Positions 22,534-33,855 of a stretch of DNA of 64,000 nucleotides are shown piece by piece; positions within the stretch are counted from its first letter, which is position 1; the number at the start of each line of letters is the position of its first letter. The notes beneath the pieces are model-generated. The model saw only the letters and a list, made by a program, of their open reading frames with translations. It did not search any database and was not told the DNA's origin. Source of the stretch: a phage; sequence record PZ019086.1; one strand, given 5' to 3'. A program made the position numbers and the translations under genes.

Positions 22534-23451
22534 TCAAAATTCATTAATGCTATTAGTTAATTTAGAAAGACCCGCTTTTACAAAATATGAATAAATTTTG
22601 CCACGCGGTGGTAATTTATATGAATTATAGTAATTCACGATGTTTGAAGCAATATTATCAGGAATATAATCAAAATCAATTAGAACTAAATTTTCTTTAT
22701 AACGATTATATTCAGATTCTGTGAGAAGCACCTTAGCTTGCTCGCGGTCATTAGCAATAGCTTCAACAATAGAGGTTTTCATTGAAGGAGTTCGTTCACC
22801 TTCAACTCTGGTAAACCAAAAGTCAGACCGTACTTTAACTGAAGCAACGTTATCCTTTTTGTCACCTTTAAGGATTTTAGTCATACAGTCAATTTCAGCA
22901 GAACCGCTTTTAATTTTAACCCATTTCTTGTGCATCGGTGACCATTGCTTAACATTTGGGTATTTGTGAAGTTGAGTAAAGTCACCATCCGATGAAATGA
23001 TTAAAATCTTATGTCCTTCTAAAGAGAACTTTTTAACAAGAACAGCAATATGGTCATCTGCTTCATACTTATCAATATCCATAACAATGTATGGCATATA
23101 AGCTTTCAATTCATCTATAACTTTATGACTGGATTCAAAATAACCTTCCCAGTCCCAAGTAGATTCTTCTCGTGCTTTTCCACGGTTTTTCTTATAATAA
23201 TAAGCGAAATCACGACGCCAATATCCTGATTTTGCGTTATCAATACACAATACAATTTTAGTGTATCCAAGAGTTTTTGCTTTTTTGACATTAAACTTAA
23301 TTGAGTTCAATATCAAATGACGAACCATTGATAAATTAATTTTTTCTTTATCTGGGAAGTTTACCAGAGCAGTTGAAAGCGCAATTTGACTAAAGTCAAT
23401 TAAGCAGATTCCTTCTTTGTAATCTTCATCCAGCATCATTTCTAAATCCAT
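22534..23451 (-). CDS. rnh: RNase H (5'-3' flap exonuclease)
   Basis: trimmed to MDLEMMLDEDYKEGICLIDFSQIAL...; 305 aa; FEN-family acidic residues. Confidence 0.9.
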   Translation of the reverse strand: MDLEMMLDEDYKEGICLIDFSQIALSTALVNFPDKEKINLSMVRHLILNSIKFNVKKAKTLGYTKIVLCIDNAKSGYWRRDFAYYYKKNRGKAREESTWDWEGYFESSHKVIDELKAYMPYIVMDIDKYEADDHIAVLVKKFSLEGHKILIISSDGDFTQLHKYPNVKQWSPMHKKWVKIKSGSAEIDCMTKILKGDKKDNVASVKVRSDFWFTRVEGERTPSMKTSIVEAIANDREQAKVLLTESEYNRYKENLVLIDFDYIPDNIASNIVNYYNSYKLPPRGKIYSYFVKAGLSKLTNSINEF

Positions 23452-23513
23452 ATGAACCTCGTTCAATTAGTGAGATTTCTATTATATACCATCCGAATCT
23501 TAAAGTAAACAAG

Positions 23514-23521
23514 TATAAATA
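23514..23521 (+). promoter_or_regulatory. late promoter TATAAATA for gene 34
   Basis: exact TATAAATA 35 nt upstream of the gene 34 ATG. Confidence 0.7.
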
Positions 23522-23555
23522 CTTATTATTGAAAACACAATAGGAGCCCGGGAGA

Positions 23556-26500
23556 ATGGCCGAGATTAAAAGAAAGTTCAGAGCAGAAGATGGTCTGGAC
23601 GCAGGTGGCGATAAAATAATCAACGTAGCTTTAGCTGATCGTGCCGTAGGAACTGACGGTGTTAACGTTGATTACCTAATTCAAGAAAACACAGTTCAAC
23701 AATACGATCCAACTCGTGGATATTTAAAAGATTTTGTAATCATTTATGATAACCGCTTTTGGGCTGCTATAAATGATATTCCAAAACCGGCAGGAGCTTT
23801 TAATAGCGGACGCTGGAGAGCATTACGTACCGATGCTAACTGGATTACAGTCTCATCTGGTTCATATCAATTAAAATCTGGTGAAGCTATTTCGGTTAAC
23901 ACTGCAGCTGGTAATGATATTACATTTACTTTACCATCTACTCCAATTGACGGTGATACTATCGTTCTCCAAGATATTGGAGGAAAACCTGGAGTTAACC
24001 AAGTTTTAATTGTAGCTCCAGTGCAAAGTATTGTAAACTTCAGAGGCGAGCAAGTACGTTCAGTACTAATGACTCATCCAAAGTCACAGTTAGTTTTAAT
24101 TTTTAGTAATCGTCTGTGGCAAATGTATGTAGCTGATTATAGTAGAGAAGCTGTAGTTGTAACACCAGCGAATACTTATCAAGCGCAATCTAACGATTTT
24201 ATCGTACGTAGATTTACTTCTGCTGCACCGATAAATATTAAACTTCCGAGATTTGCTAATCACGGCGATATTATTAATTTCGTCGATTTGGATAAATTAA
24301 ATCCTCTTTATCATACAATTGTTACTACATACGATGAAACTACTTCAGTACAAGAAGATGGAACTCATTCTATTGAAGGCCGTACATCTATTGATGGCTT
24401 TTTAATGTATGATGATAATGAAAAATTGTGGAGATTGTTTGACGGGGATAATAAAGCACGTTTACGTATTATAACAACTAATTCAAATATTCGTCCAAAT
24501 GAAGAAGTTATGGTATTTGGTGCGAATAACGGAACAGCTCAGACAATTGAGCTTAAGCTTCCAACTAATATTTCTGTTGGTGATACTGTTAAAATTTCCA
24601 TGAATTACATGAGAAAAGGACAAACAGTTAAAATCAAAGCTGCCGGTGAAGATAAAATTGCTTCTTCAGTTCAATTGCTGCAATTCCCAAAACGTTCAGA
24701 GTATCCACCTGAAGCTGAATGGGTGACTGTCCAAGAATTAGTTTTTAACGGTGAAACTAATTATGTTCCAGTTTTACAACTTGCTTATATAGAAGATTCT
24801 GATGGAAAATACTGGGTTGTACAACAAAACGTTCCAACCGTAGAAAGAGTTGATTCTTTAAACGATTCTACTAGAGCAAGATTAGGCGTGATTGCTTTAG
24901 CTACACAAGCGCAAGCTAATGTCGATTTAGAAAATTCTCCACAAAAAGAATTAGCAATTACTCCAGAAACATTAGCTAACCGTACTGCTACAGAAACTCG
25001 TAGAGGTATCGCGAGAATAGCAACCACTGCTCAAGTAAATCAGAACACCACATTCTCTTTTGCTGATGATATTATCATTACACCTAAAAAGCTGAATGAA
25101 AGAACTGCTACAGAAACTCGTAGAGGTGTTGCTGAAATTGCTACGCAACAGGAAACTAATGCAGGTACTGATGATACTACAATCATCACTCCTAAAAAGC
25201 TTCAAGCTCGTCAGGGTTCTGAATCATTATCTGGTATTGTAACCTTTGTATCTACTGCAGGAGCTACTCCAGCCTCTAGTCGTGAATTAAATGGTACAAA
25301 CGTTTATAATAAAAACACTAATAATTTAGTCGTTTCGCCTAAAGCTTTGGATCAGTATAAAGCTACTCCAACACAACAGGGTGCAGTAATTTTAGCAGTT
25401 GAAAGTGAAGTAATTGCTGGACAGAGTCAAGAAGGATGGGCAAATGCGGTTGTAACGCCAGAAACGTTACATAAAAAGACATCAACTGATGGAAGAATTG
25501 GTTTAATTGAAATTGCTACACAAAGTGAAGTTAATACAGGAACTGATTATACTCGTGCAGTCACTCCTAAAACTTTAAATGACCGTAAAGCAACTGAAAG
25601 TTTAAGTGGTATAGCTGAAATTGCTACACAAGTTGAATTCGACGCAGGCGTCGACGATACTCGTATCTCTACACCATTAAAAATTAAAACTAGATTTAAT
25701 AGTACTGATCGTACTTCTGTTGTTGCTCTATCTGGATTAGTTGAATCAGGAACTCTCTGGGACCATTATACCCTTAATATTCTTGAAGCAAATGAGACAC
25801 AGCGTGGTACACTTCGTGTAGCTACACAAGTTGAAGCTGCTGCAGGAACATTGGATAATGTTTTAATAACTCCTAAAAAGCTTTTAGGTACTAAATCTAC
25901 TGAAGCACAGGAAGGTGTTATTAAAGTTGCAACTCAGTCTGAAACTGTGACTGGAACGTCAGCAAATACTGCTGTATCTCCAAAAAATTTAAAATGGATT
26001 GTGCAGAGTGAACCTACTTGGGCAGCTACTACTGCGATAAGAGGCTTTGTTAAAACTTCATCCGGTTCAATTACATTCGTTGGTAATGATACAGTTGGTT
26101 CAACACAGAACTTAGAGCTATACGAGAAAAATAGCTATGCAGTATCACCGTATGAATTAAACCGTGTATTAGCAAATTACTTGCCATTAAAAGCAAAAGC
26201 TGCTGACACGAATTTATTGGATGGCCTAGATTCATCTCAGTTCATTCGTAGGGACATTGCACAGACGGTTAATGGTTCACTAACCTTAACCAAACAAACG
26301 AATCTGAGTGCCCCTCTTGTATCATCTAGTACTGCTACGTTTGGTGGTTCAGTTTCGGCAAATAGTACATTAACTATTTCTAACTCTGGAACAGCAACTC
26401 GTCTGATTTTTGAGAAAGGACCTCAAACTGGAACTAACCCAGCGCAGACGATGACTATCAGAGTTTGGGGAAATCAGTTCGGTGGCGGTTCAGATACAAC

Positions 26501-27425
26501 ACGTTCTACTGTATTTGAGGTTGGCGATGAAACGTCTAATCACTTTTATTCTCAACGCAATAAAGCTGGGAATATAACGTTTAGTATCAATGGTACTGTA
26601 ATGCCAATAAATGTCAATGCTTCGGGTTCTTTGAATGCGAATGGCGTTGCAACATTCGGTAGTTCAGTTACAGCCAATGGTGAATTCATCAGCAAGTCTG
26701 CAAATGCTTTCAGAACAATAAATGGCGACTATGGATTCTTTATTCGTAATGATGCTGCTAACACCTATTTTATGCTTACTGCATCGGGTGATCAGACTGG
26801 CGGATTTAATGGATTACGTCCTTTAGCTATTAACAATGCATCTGGTCAAGTAACGATGGGTGAAGGCTTAATCGTTGCCAAAGGTGTTACTATAAACTCA
26901 GGTGGCTTAACTGTTAACTCGAGAATTCGTTCTCAGGGCATTAAAACATCTGACTTATATACCCGTGCGCCAACATCTGATACCGTAGGATTCTGGTCAA
27001 TTGACATTAATGATTCAGCTACTTATAACCAATTCCCGGGTTATTTTAAAATGGTTGAAAAAACTAATGAAGTGACTGGACTTCCATACTTAGAACGTGG
27101 AGAAGAGGTTAAATCTCCTGGTACATTAACTCAGTTTGGTAACACACTTGATTCGCTTTACCAAGATTGGATTACTTATCCAACGACTCCAGAAGCGCGC
27201 ACCACGCGCTGGACGCGTACATGGCAGAAAACCAAAAACTCTTGGTCAAGTTTTGTTCAGGTATTTGATGGGGGTAACCCTCCTCAGCCATCTGATATCG
27301 GTGCTTTACCATCTGATAATGCTATAATGGGGAATCTTACTATTCGTGATTTCTTACGAATTGGTAATGTTCGCATTATTCCTGACCCAGTGAATAAATC
27401 TGTTAAATTTGAATGGATTGAATAA
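23556..27425 (+). CDS. 34: gp34 proximal long tail fiber subunit
   Basis: 1289 aa; T4 gp34 length and N-terminus; internal tandem TATETRRG...ITPKKL repeats. Confidence 0.95.
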   Translation: MAEIKRKFRAEDGLDAGGDKIINVALADRAVGTDGVNVDYLIQENTVQQYDPTRGYLKDFVIIYDNRFWAAINDIPKPAGAFNSGRWRALRTDANWITVSSGSYQLKSGEAISVNTAAGNDITFTLPSTPIDGDTIVLQDIGGKPGVNQVLIVAPVQSIVNFRGEQVRSVLMTHPKSQLVLIFSNRLWQMYVADYSREAVVVTPANTYQAQSNDFIVRRFTSAAPINIKLPRFANHGDIINFVDLDKLNPLYHTIVTTYDETTSVQEDGTHSIEGRTSIDGFLMYDDNEKLWRLFDGDNKARLRIITTNSNIRPNEEVMVFGANNGTAQTIELKLPTNISVGDTVKISMNYMRKGQTVKIKAAGEDKIASSVQLLQFPKRSEYPPEAEWVTVQELVFNGETNYVPVLQLAYIEDSDGKYWVVQQNVPTVERVDSLNDSTRARLGVIALATQAQANVDLENSPQKELAITPETLANRTATETRRGIARIATTAQVNQNTTFSFADDIIITPKKLNERTATETRRGVAEIATQQETNAGTDDTTIITPKKLQARQGSESLSGIVTFVSTAGATPASSRELNGTNVYNKNTNNLVVSPKALDQYKATPTQQGAVILAVESEVIAGQSQEGWANAVVTPETLHKKTSTDGRIGLIEIATQSEVNTGTDYTRAVTPKTLNDRKATESLSGIAEIATQVEFDAGVDDTRISTPLKIKTRFNSTDRTSVVALSGLVESGTLWDHYTLNILEANETQRGTLRVATQVEAAAGTLDNVLITPKKLLGTKSTEAQEGVIKVATQSETVTGTSANTAVSPKNLKWIVQSEPTWAATTAIRGFVKTSSGSITFVGNDTVGSTQNLELYEKNSYAVSPYELNRVLANYLPLKAKAADTNLLDGLDSSQFIRRDIAQTVNGSLTLTKQTNLSAPLVSSSTATFGGSVSANSTLTISNSGTATRLIFEKGPQTGTNPAQTMTIRVWGNQFGGGSDTTRSTVFEVGDETSNHFYSQRNKAGNITFSINGTVMPINVNASGSLNANGVATFGSSVTANGEFISKSANAFRTINGDYGFFIRNDAANTYFMLTASGDQTGGFNGLRPLAINNASGQVTMGEGLIVAKGVTINSGGLTVNSRIRSQGIKTSDLYTRAPTSDTVGFWSIDINDSATYNQFPGYFKMVEKTNEVTGLPYLERGEEVKSPGTLTQFGNTLDSLYQDWITYPTTPEARTTRWTRTWQKTKNSWSSFVQVFDGGNPPQPSDIGALPSDNAIMGNLTIRDFLRIGNVRIIPDPVNKSVKFEWIE
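24978..25121 (+). repeat. direct repeat inside gene 34 (two perfect 24-bp copies 120 bp apart)
   Basis: actgctacagaaactcgtagaggt occurs at about 24978 and 25098, encoding repeated T-A-T-E-T-R-R-G. Confidence 0.6.
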
Positions 27426-27433
27426 GAGGTATT

Positions 27434-28549
27434 ATGGAAAAATTTATGGCAGAGTTTGGACAAGGATATGTCCAAACGCCATTTTTATCGGAAAGTAATT
27501 CAGTAAGATATAAAATAAGTATAGCGGGTTCTTGCCCGCTTTCTACGGCAGGACCATACGTTAAATTTCAGGATAATCCTGTTGGAAGTCAAACATTTAG
27601 CGCAGGTCTTCATCTAAGAGTTTTTGACCCTTCCACCGGAGCATTAGTTGATAGTAAGTCATATGCTTTTTCGACTTCAAATGATACTACATCAGCTGCT
27701 TTTGTTAGTTTCATGAATTCTTTGGCGAATAACAGACTTGTTGCTATATTAACTAGTGGAAAGGTTAATTTTCCTCCTGAAGTAGTATCTTGGCTAAGAG
27801 CCGCAGGAACGTCTGCTTTTCCATCTGATTCTATATTGTCAAGATTCGACGTATCATATGCTGCTTTTTACACTTCTTCTAAAAGAGCTATTGCATTAGA
27901 GCATGTTAAACTGAGCAACAGAAAAAGCACAGATGACTATCAAACTATTTTAGATGTGGTGTTTGACAGTTTAGAAGACGTCGGAGCTACGGGATTTCCT
28001 AAAAGAACATACGAAAGTGTTGATCAATTTATGTCGGCAGTTGGCGGAACTAATAACGAAATTGCGCGTCTACCAACTTCAGCTGCTATAAGTAAATTAT
28101 CTGACTATAATTTAATCCCTGGCGATGTTCTTTATCTTAAAGCACAGTTATATGCCGATGCCGATTTACTTGCGCTTGGAACTACAAATATATCTATCCG
28201 TTTTTATAATGCATCGAATGGATATATTTCCTCGACACAAGCTGAGTTTACCGGGCAAGCTGGGTCTTGGGAATTAAAAGAAGATTATGCGGTTGTTCCA
28301 GAAAACGCTGTCGGATTTACGATATATGCACAAAGAACAGCACAAGCTGGTCAAGGTGGCATGAGAAGTTTAAGCTTTTCTGAAGTGTCAAGAAATGGAG
28401 GTATTTCGAAACCCGCTGAATTTGGCGTCAATGGCATTCGTGTTAATTATATCTGTGAATCTGCTTCACCTCCGGATATAATGGTACTTCCTACGCAAGC
28501 ATCGTCTAAAACTGGTAAAGTGTTTGGGCAAGAATTTAGAGAAGTTTAA
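27434..28549 (+). CDS. 35: gp35 tail fiber hinge
   Basis: 371 aa following gene 34 with AGAGG Shine-Dalgarno. Confidence 0.9.
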   Translation: MEKFMAEFGQGYVQTPFLSESNSVRYKISIAGSCPLSTAGPYVKFQDNPVGSQTFSAGLHLRVFDPSTGALVDSKSYAFSTSNDTTSAAFVSFMNSLANNRLVAILTSGKVNFPPEVVSWLRAAGTSAFPSDSILSRFDVSYAAFYTSSKRAIALEHVKLSNRKSTDDYQTILDVVFDSLEDVGATGFPKRTYESVDQFMSAVGGTNNEIARLPTSAAISKLSDYNLIPGDVLYLKAQLYADADLLALGTTNISIRFYNASNGYISSTQAEFTGQAGSWELKEDYAVVPENAVGFTIYAQRTAQAGQGGMRSLSFSEVSRNGGISKPAEFGVNGIRVNYICESASPPDIMVLPTQASSKTGKVFGQEFREV

Positions 28550-28554
28550 ATTGA

Positions 28555-28572
28555 GGGAGCCTTCGGGTTCCC
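28555..28572 (+). terminator. UUCG-tetraloop hairpin between 35 and 36
   Basis: GGGAGCC-TTCG-GGTTCCC followed by TTTTTCTTT. Confidence 0.55.
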
Positions 28573-28580
28573 TTTTTCTT

Positions 28581-28588
28581 TATAAATA
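28581..28588 (+). promoter_or_regulatory. late promoter TATAAATA for gene 36
   Basis: exact TATAAATA 24 nt upstream of the gene 36 ATG. Confidence 0.7.
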
Positions 28589-28611
28589 CTATTAAAATAA
28601 AGGGGCATACA

Positions 28612-29274
28612 ATGGCTGATTTAAAAGTAGGTTCAACAACCGGAGGCTCTGTCATTTGGCATCAAGGAAATTTTCCATTGAATCCAGCCGGTGACGATGT
28701 ACTCTATAAATCATTTAAAATATATTCGGAATACAATAAACCACAAGCTGCTGATAACGATTTCGTTTCTAAAGCTAATGGTGGTACTTACGCCGCGACT
28801 GTTCGATTTAATGGAGGCGTACATGTTCCTACTATAGGTAGTAGTCAACAGTGTGGCGTTTATCCAGGCAACGGTGATGCAGCTACTTTTGCTATGGCAA
28901 ATATTGACATCGTTTCGTGGAATGGTATCGGTTTTAAATCATCGCAGGGTTCAGCAGACCGAACTGTTGTAATTAATGCACGTAATGGTGATATTAGTAC
29001 AAAAGGCGTCGTGACAGCAGTAGGTCAAATAAGAAGTAATGCAGTTTCTCCTGTAGCAGCTAATGACCTTACTAGAAAAGACTATGTTGATGGAGCAATA
29101 AATACTGTTACGGCAAATGCGAACTCTAGAGTGTTACGATCTGGTGACACTATGACGGGTAATTTAACCGCACCAAACTTTTTCTCGCAGAATCCTGCAT
29201 CTCAACCTTCACACGTTCCACGATTTGACCAAATCGTAATTAAGGATTCTGTTCAAGATTTCGGCTATTATTAA
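28612..29274 (+). CDS. 36: gp36 distal tail fiber connector
   Basis: 220 aa. Confidence 0.9.
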   Translation: MADLKVGSTTGGSVIWHQGNFPLNPAGDDVLYKSFKIYSEYNKPQAADNDFVSKANGGTYAATVRFNGGVHVPTIGSSQQCGVYPGNGDAATFAMANIDIVSWNGIGFKSSQGSADRTVVINARNGDISTKGVVTAVGQIRSNAVSPVAANDLTRKDYVDGAINTVTANANSRVLRSGDTMTGNLTAPNFFSQNPASQPSHVPRFDQIVIKDSVQDFGYY

Positions 29275-29282
29275 GAGGACTT

Positions 29283-32200
29283 ATGGCTACTTTAAAACAA
29301 ATACAATTTAAAAGAAGCAAAACCGCAGGTGCACGTCCTGCTGCTTCAGTATTAGCCGAAGGTGAATTGGCTATAAACTTAAAAGATAGAACAATTTTTA
29401 CTAAAGACGATTCAGGAAATATCATTGATCTGGGTTTTGCTAAAGGCGGGCAAGTTGATGGAAATGTAACTATTAATGGTCTTTTGAGGTTAAACGGTGA
29501 TTATGTACAAACTGGTGGAATGACTGTAAATGGACCTATTGGTTCTACTGATGGCATAGCTGCAAAAGTTTTCAGATCTACACAAGGTTCATTTTATACA
29601 AGAGCCTCAAATGATACTTCCAATGCCCATCTTTGGTTTGAAAATGCCGATGGCACTGAACGAGGCGTTATATATGCTCGTACTCAAACTACAACTAACG
29701 GTGAAATACGCCTTAGGGTTAGACAAGGAACAGGAAGCACTACTAATAGTGAATTCTATTTCCGTTCTATAAACGGCGGCGAATTTCAAGCTAACCGTAT
29801 TTTGGCATCAGATTCGTTAGTAACTAAACGCATTGCGGTTGATACTGTTATTCATGATGCCAAAGCCTTTGGACAATATGATTCTCAATCTTTGGTCAAC
29901 TATGTTTATCCTGGAACCGGTGAAACAAACGGTATAAACTATCTTCGTAAAGTTCGAGCTAAATCAGGTGGTACAATTTATCATGAAATTTGTACTGCCC
30001 AATTAGGGCTGGCTGATGAAGTTTCTTGGTGGACTGGTAATACACCATTATTTAGATTATATGGTATTCGTAATGACGGCCGAATGATCGTCCGCAATAG
30101 CGTAGCCATCGGGACTGTGACTGCAGGATACCCGGCAAGCGATTATGGAAGTACCGGGGTAATGGGAGATAAGTATCTTGTTCTCGGTGACATTGTAACT
30201 GGTCTGAAATATATTAAACAAGGTGTTTATGATTTAGTTGGTGGGGGTTATTCAGTTGCTTCTATTACTCCAGATAGTTTCCGTAGCACCCGTAAAGGTA
30301 TATTTGGACGTTCAGAAGACCAAGGCGCTACATGGATTATGCCTGGAACCAACGCCGCTCTTTTATCAGTTCAAACACAAGCTGATAATAACAATGCTGG
30401 AGACGGACAAACCCATATTGGGTACAATGCTGGCGGTAAAATGAACCACTATTTCCGTGGTACAGGACAGATGAATATCAATACCCAACGAGGTATGAAA
30501 GTTAACCCTGGTATTTTGAAATTGGTAACTGGCTCTAATAACGTACAGTTTTATGCTAATGGAACAGTATCTTCAATACAAAGAATTAAATTTGATAACG
30601 GATTAGTTCTTACTGGTGCTAGACCTGACGGTATTCAACTTGACGCTCCTACATCAGCAGATGGCACTAAAACTATACTGTGGGCTGGTGGTACTCGCGC
30701 AGGTCAGAATAAAAGTTATGTATCTATTAAAGCGTGGGGTAATTCATTTAACGCATCTGGTGACCGTAATCGTGAAACAGTTTTTGAAGTAGCTGACGGG
30801 CAGGGATATTATTTTTATGCACAACGCACTACTCCTGCATCAGGTCAAACAGTAGGTCCGGTTAACTTTAAATTTAACGGAACTGTCGAAACAGGCCATA
30901 TCATAGGCCTTGGAAATATAAGTGCCTCTGGTACAGGTTCTTTTGGTGGCAATGTTACCATGTCTAATGGTTTGTTTGTCCAAGGTGGTTCTTCTATTAC
31001 TGGCCAAGTTAAAATCGGCGAAACTGGCGACGCATTAAGAATTTGGAATGCCGAATATGGTGCTATTTTCCGCCGTTCAGAAAGTAGCCTTTATATTATC
31101 CCGACTCCTAAAGATGCCGGAGAATCGGGTGGTATAAGTAATCTTAGACCATTTAGAATAGAACTGGACACCGGCACAGTTAAAATGTCGCATGATGTTC
31201 ATTTAGGAGATTCTGGATCCGGTACAGGATTATTACAAGTAAGTAATAGTCTTAAAACTATTAAAATGATATGTCCAGTAACTATTAATGAACGTAATGC
31301 AGCGCTTACTCTAGATTCTCCTTCATCTTCTTCTGCTAATTATTTACAAGGTTCTAAAGCTGGAATTAGATCGTGGTATGTTGGTCTTGGTGGCGCTGGA
31401 AGTGATTTATCGCTTTATAGTCAATCTTATGGACACGGTCTTGTTATAAGCGATAATTTCGTGTCAATCAGTAAACCTCTTAAAGTCGGAAATGCCCAAC
31501 TAGGAACTGACGGTAATATTACTAGCGGTTCAGGAAACTTTGCTAACTTAAACACCACGCTAAATCGTAAAGTTAATTCTGGATTTATTACTTATGGAGC
31601 AACTGCTGGATGGTATAAGTTTGCAACAGTAACAATGCCACAATCCACTTCTACGGTCTTCTTTAAAATAGCCGGTGGTTCTGGATTTAATAGTGGATTA
31701 TTCACACAATGCAATATTGCTGAAATTGTTTTACGTACTAGTAATGAAAGACCTGCTGACTTAAATGCTGTATTATACACAAGAACAATTGCAGCTGCAT
31801 TTAAAAATATTGCAGTTAATAACGTCTCTGGAGATACATATGACATTTATGTTTATGCCGGAACATATTGCAATCAATTAACTTGTGAATGGTCATGTAC
31901 CGAAAATGCTACTGTTAGCGTTATTGGTATTAACTCATCGACCCAATCACCTGTGGATGCTCTTCCAGATACAGCAGTTGATGGGCAAGTTGCTAATGTT
32001 CTTAATAACTTGGTTGATCGTGGTAAAGTTAAGCGTTATGAAGCTGATTCTGAAATAGCTATCAATAGTCAAACTGGTATTCGTATTAGAAGCAATGGCG
32101 ATAAAACTGGTTCTGTTGCTACAATGCTACGAAATGATGGCGGTAGTTTTTATATTCTATTTACAGATAAAAATGCCACCGATGGCGCAGCAACCGTTAA

Positions 32201-33008
32201 TGGTGATTGGAATAGTAAACGTCCTTTTGCAATTAACTTAACAACTGGCGAAGTGCTAATGAATAACGGCATAGCTGTTCGCAGCGCAGCTTTATTCTAT
32301 AATAGTATAAATGTCAAAGATAATGGTTCTATTAACTTTGATAAGTCTGGTGCTAACCCAAGAAATATGAGAATATTTCATGCTGGCGATGCTTCTCGTG
32401 GTAACCGTATTGAAATTGCAGATGAAACTAACTATATTGCTTACTTTGAAAAAGCTCCAGGTGGAGCTAACCGCTTTGTAGTAAATAATGCTACTGTAGC
32501 TGGTGTTAACCAAATGAATTCATTTGGTATTAATATCAATAACGCACTTGGTGGAAATAGTATAGCATTTGGTGATAATGACACTGGAATTAAACAATCC
32601 GGCGACGGACTTCTTGATATTATTACTAACGCCGCACGCCGAATGAGATTCCAGACGGGTGACACTTATTCTGACATGAATATAAATGCTCCAAACGTTT
32701 ATATTCGTTCTGATATTCGTTTGAAATCTAATTTCAGACCTATTGAAAATGCTCTTGAAAAGGTTGAACAGCTTGATGGTTTAATCTATGATAAAGCTGA
32801 CTATATAGGTGGTGAAATTGTTCAGACTGAAGCGGGTATTGTGGCTCAAACACTACAAGACGTTTTACCAGAAGCAGTTCGTGAAGTTGAAGATATTAAG
32901 GGTAATAAAATACTCACTGTTTCTTCTCAATCCCAGATTGCTCTTCTAGTTGAAGCTGTGAAAACACTTTCTTCTCGTGTAAAAGAACTTGAATCTAAAC
33001 TTATGTAA
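29283..33008 (+). CDS. 37: gp37 distal long tail fiber with C-terminal intramolecular chaperone-like domain
   Basis: 1241 aa; N-terminus [13 protein letters not shown]... as in T4 gp37; C-terminal ...[10 protein letters not shown]... then ~90 aa resembling peptidase S74 chaperone module. Confidence 0.9.
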   Translation: MATLKQIQFKRSKTAGARPAASVLAEGELAINLKDRTIFTKDDSGNIIDLGFAKGGQVDGNVTINGLLRLNGDYVQTGGMTVNGPIGSTDGIAAKVFRSTQGSFYTRASNDTSNAHLWFENADGTERGVIYARTQTTTNGEIRLRVRQGTGSTTNSEFYFRSINGGEFQANRILASDSLVTKRIAVDTVIHDAKAFGQYDSQSLVNYVYPGTGETNGINYLRKVRAKSGGTIYHEICTAQLGLADEVSWWTGNTPLFRLYGIRNDGRMIVRNSVAIGTVTAGYPASDYGSTGVMGDKYLVLGDIVTGLKYIKQGVYDLVGGGYSVASITPDSFRSTRKGIFGRSEDQGATWIMPGTNAALLSVQTQADNNNAGDGQTHIGYNAGGKMNHYFRGTGQMNINTQRGMKVNPGILKLVTGSNNVQFYANGTVSSIQRIKFDNGLVLTGARPDGIQLDAPTSADGTKTILWAGGTRAGQNKSYVSIKAWGNSFNASGDRNRETVFEVADGQGYYFYAQRTTPASGQTVGPVNFKFNGTVETGHIIGLGNISASGTGSFGGNVTMSNGLFVQGGSSITGQVKIGETGDALRIWNAEYGAIFRRSESSLYIIPTPKDAGESGGISNLRPFRIELDTGTVKMSHDVHLGDSGSGTGLLQVSNSLKTIKMICPVTINERNAALTLDSPSSSSANYLQGSKAGIRSWYVGLGGAGSDLSLYSQSYGHGLVISDNFVSISKPLKVGNAQLGTDGNITSGSGNFANLNTTLNRKVNSGFITYGATAGWYKFATVTMPQSTSTVFFKIAGGSGFNSGLFTQCNIAEIVLRTSNERPADLNAVLYTRTIAAAFKNIAVNNVSGDTYDIYVYAGTYCNQLTCEWSCTENATVSVIGINSSTQSPVDALPDTAVDGQVANVLNNLVDRGKVKRYEADSEIAINSQTGIRIRSNGDKTGSVATMLRNDGGSFYILFTDKNATDGAATVNGDWNSKRPFAINLTTGEVLMNNGIAVRSAALFYNSINVKDNGSINFDKSGANPRNMRIFHAGDASRGNRIEIADETNYIAYFEKAPGGANRFVVNNATVAGVNQMNSFGININNALGGNSIAFGDNDTGIKQSGDGLLDIITNAARRMRFQTGDTYSDMNINAPNVYIRSDIRLKSNFRPIENALEKVEQLDGLIYDKADYIGGEIVQTEAGIVAQTLQDVLPEAVREVEDIKGNKILTVSSQSQIALLVEAVKTLSSRVKELESKLM

Positions 33009-33010
33009 AA

Positions 33011-33026
33011 GAGGGCTTCGGCCCTC
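33011..33026 (+). terminator. UUCG-tetraloop hairpin after gene 37
   Basis: GAGGGC-TTCG-GCCCTC then T-rich. Confidence 0.5.
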
Positions 33027-33038
33027 TAAGGATTTTTA

Positions 33039-33824
33039 ATGGCAATTGTAGGTGTTCCTGGCTGGATTGGTGAATCTGCCGTGAATGAAACTGGACAACG
33101 TTGGATGGATGCTGCAATGAAAGCAGTTCGTGTTTCAGTTCCTGGTTGGATGAGCTCAATGGCCGGACAATCTAAAGAAGTATATTACAGCATTGGTGCT
33201 AGCAATTCTTATAATAAAGACACACTAATAAATTGGATAAAAGCCCAAGGAAGTACTCCTGTTGTTATTACAATTACAGGCAATATCGTTTCTTCATCGA
33301 CAGGTCAACCATGCTTAGATTTTCCTAGCTCATTAACTAATGCATACGTGACACTTAATATCAATTCAGGTGTGCATGTTTGGGGTCGCGGCGGGAATGG
33401 TGGAAATAACTCTGCCGGTGGAGCAGGAGGAACTGCAATAAATAACGGAATTGGAACTAGATTACGTATTAACAACAACGGTGTTATCGCAGGCGGTGGC
33501 GGCGGCGGAGGAGGCGGATACTACTCTCCTTTTTCACAAATGAGATTGACTTTTGGCGGAGGAGGCGGGCGTCCATTTGGCGCTGCTGGCGGCTCTGCTA
33601 ATATGGAACGAGGTGCTACCGCTGGTACTATTTCTGCACCCGGTAAAGGGTCTGTAAACGGTGTCTACAATGGCGGAAACGGTGGTGATGCTGGTGCCGC
33701 AGGAGGTAGATGTAATATTCGTGGTCAAGGATCAGAATATAACGGCGGTGCGGCTGGTAAAGCTGTTACTGGTAATGCTCCAACTTGGACTAAAGTTGGT
33801 ACAATATATGGTGCAAGAGTATAA
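33039..33824 (+). CDS. 38: gp38 T2-type receptor adhesin with glycine-rich motifs
   Basis: 261 aa; N-terminus MAIVGVPGWIGESAVNETGQRWM...; poly-Gly runs (GGGGGGGGGYY, FGGGGGRPF). Confidence 0.85.
   Translation: MAIVGVPGWIGESAVNETGQRWMDAAMKAVRVSVPGWMSSMAGQSKEVYYSIGASNSYNKDTLINWIKAQGSTPVVITITGNIVSSSTGQPCLDFPSSLTNAYVTLNINSGVHVWGRGGNGGNNSAGGAGGTAINNGIGTRLRINNNGVIAGGGGGGGGGYYSPFSQMRLTFGGGGGRPFGAAGGSANMERGATAGTISAPGKGSVNGVYNGGNGGDAGAAGGRCNIRGQGSEYNGGAAGKAVTGNAPTWTKVGTIYGARV
33484..33512 (+). repeat. (GGN)n codon run in gene 38
   Basis: ggcggtggcggcggcggaggaggcgga encoding nine consecutive Gly. Confidence 0.6.
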
Positions 33825-33855
33825 TTTTGAATAAATATCCTTAAAAGGAGGGTCT

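Noticed and set aside
24785-25205. Minus-strand ORFs inside gene 34, and similar ones inside genes 37 and 38 (31592-31846, 32292-32665, 33534-33923)
   Set aside because: Embedded antisense in late tail-fibre genes whose reading frames are continuous and match T4 lengths; no signals of their own.
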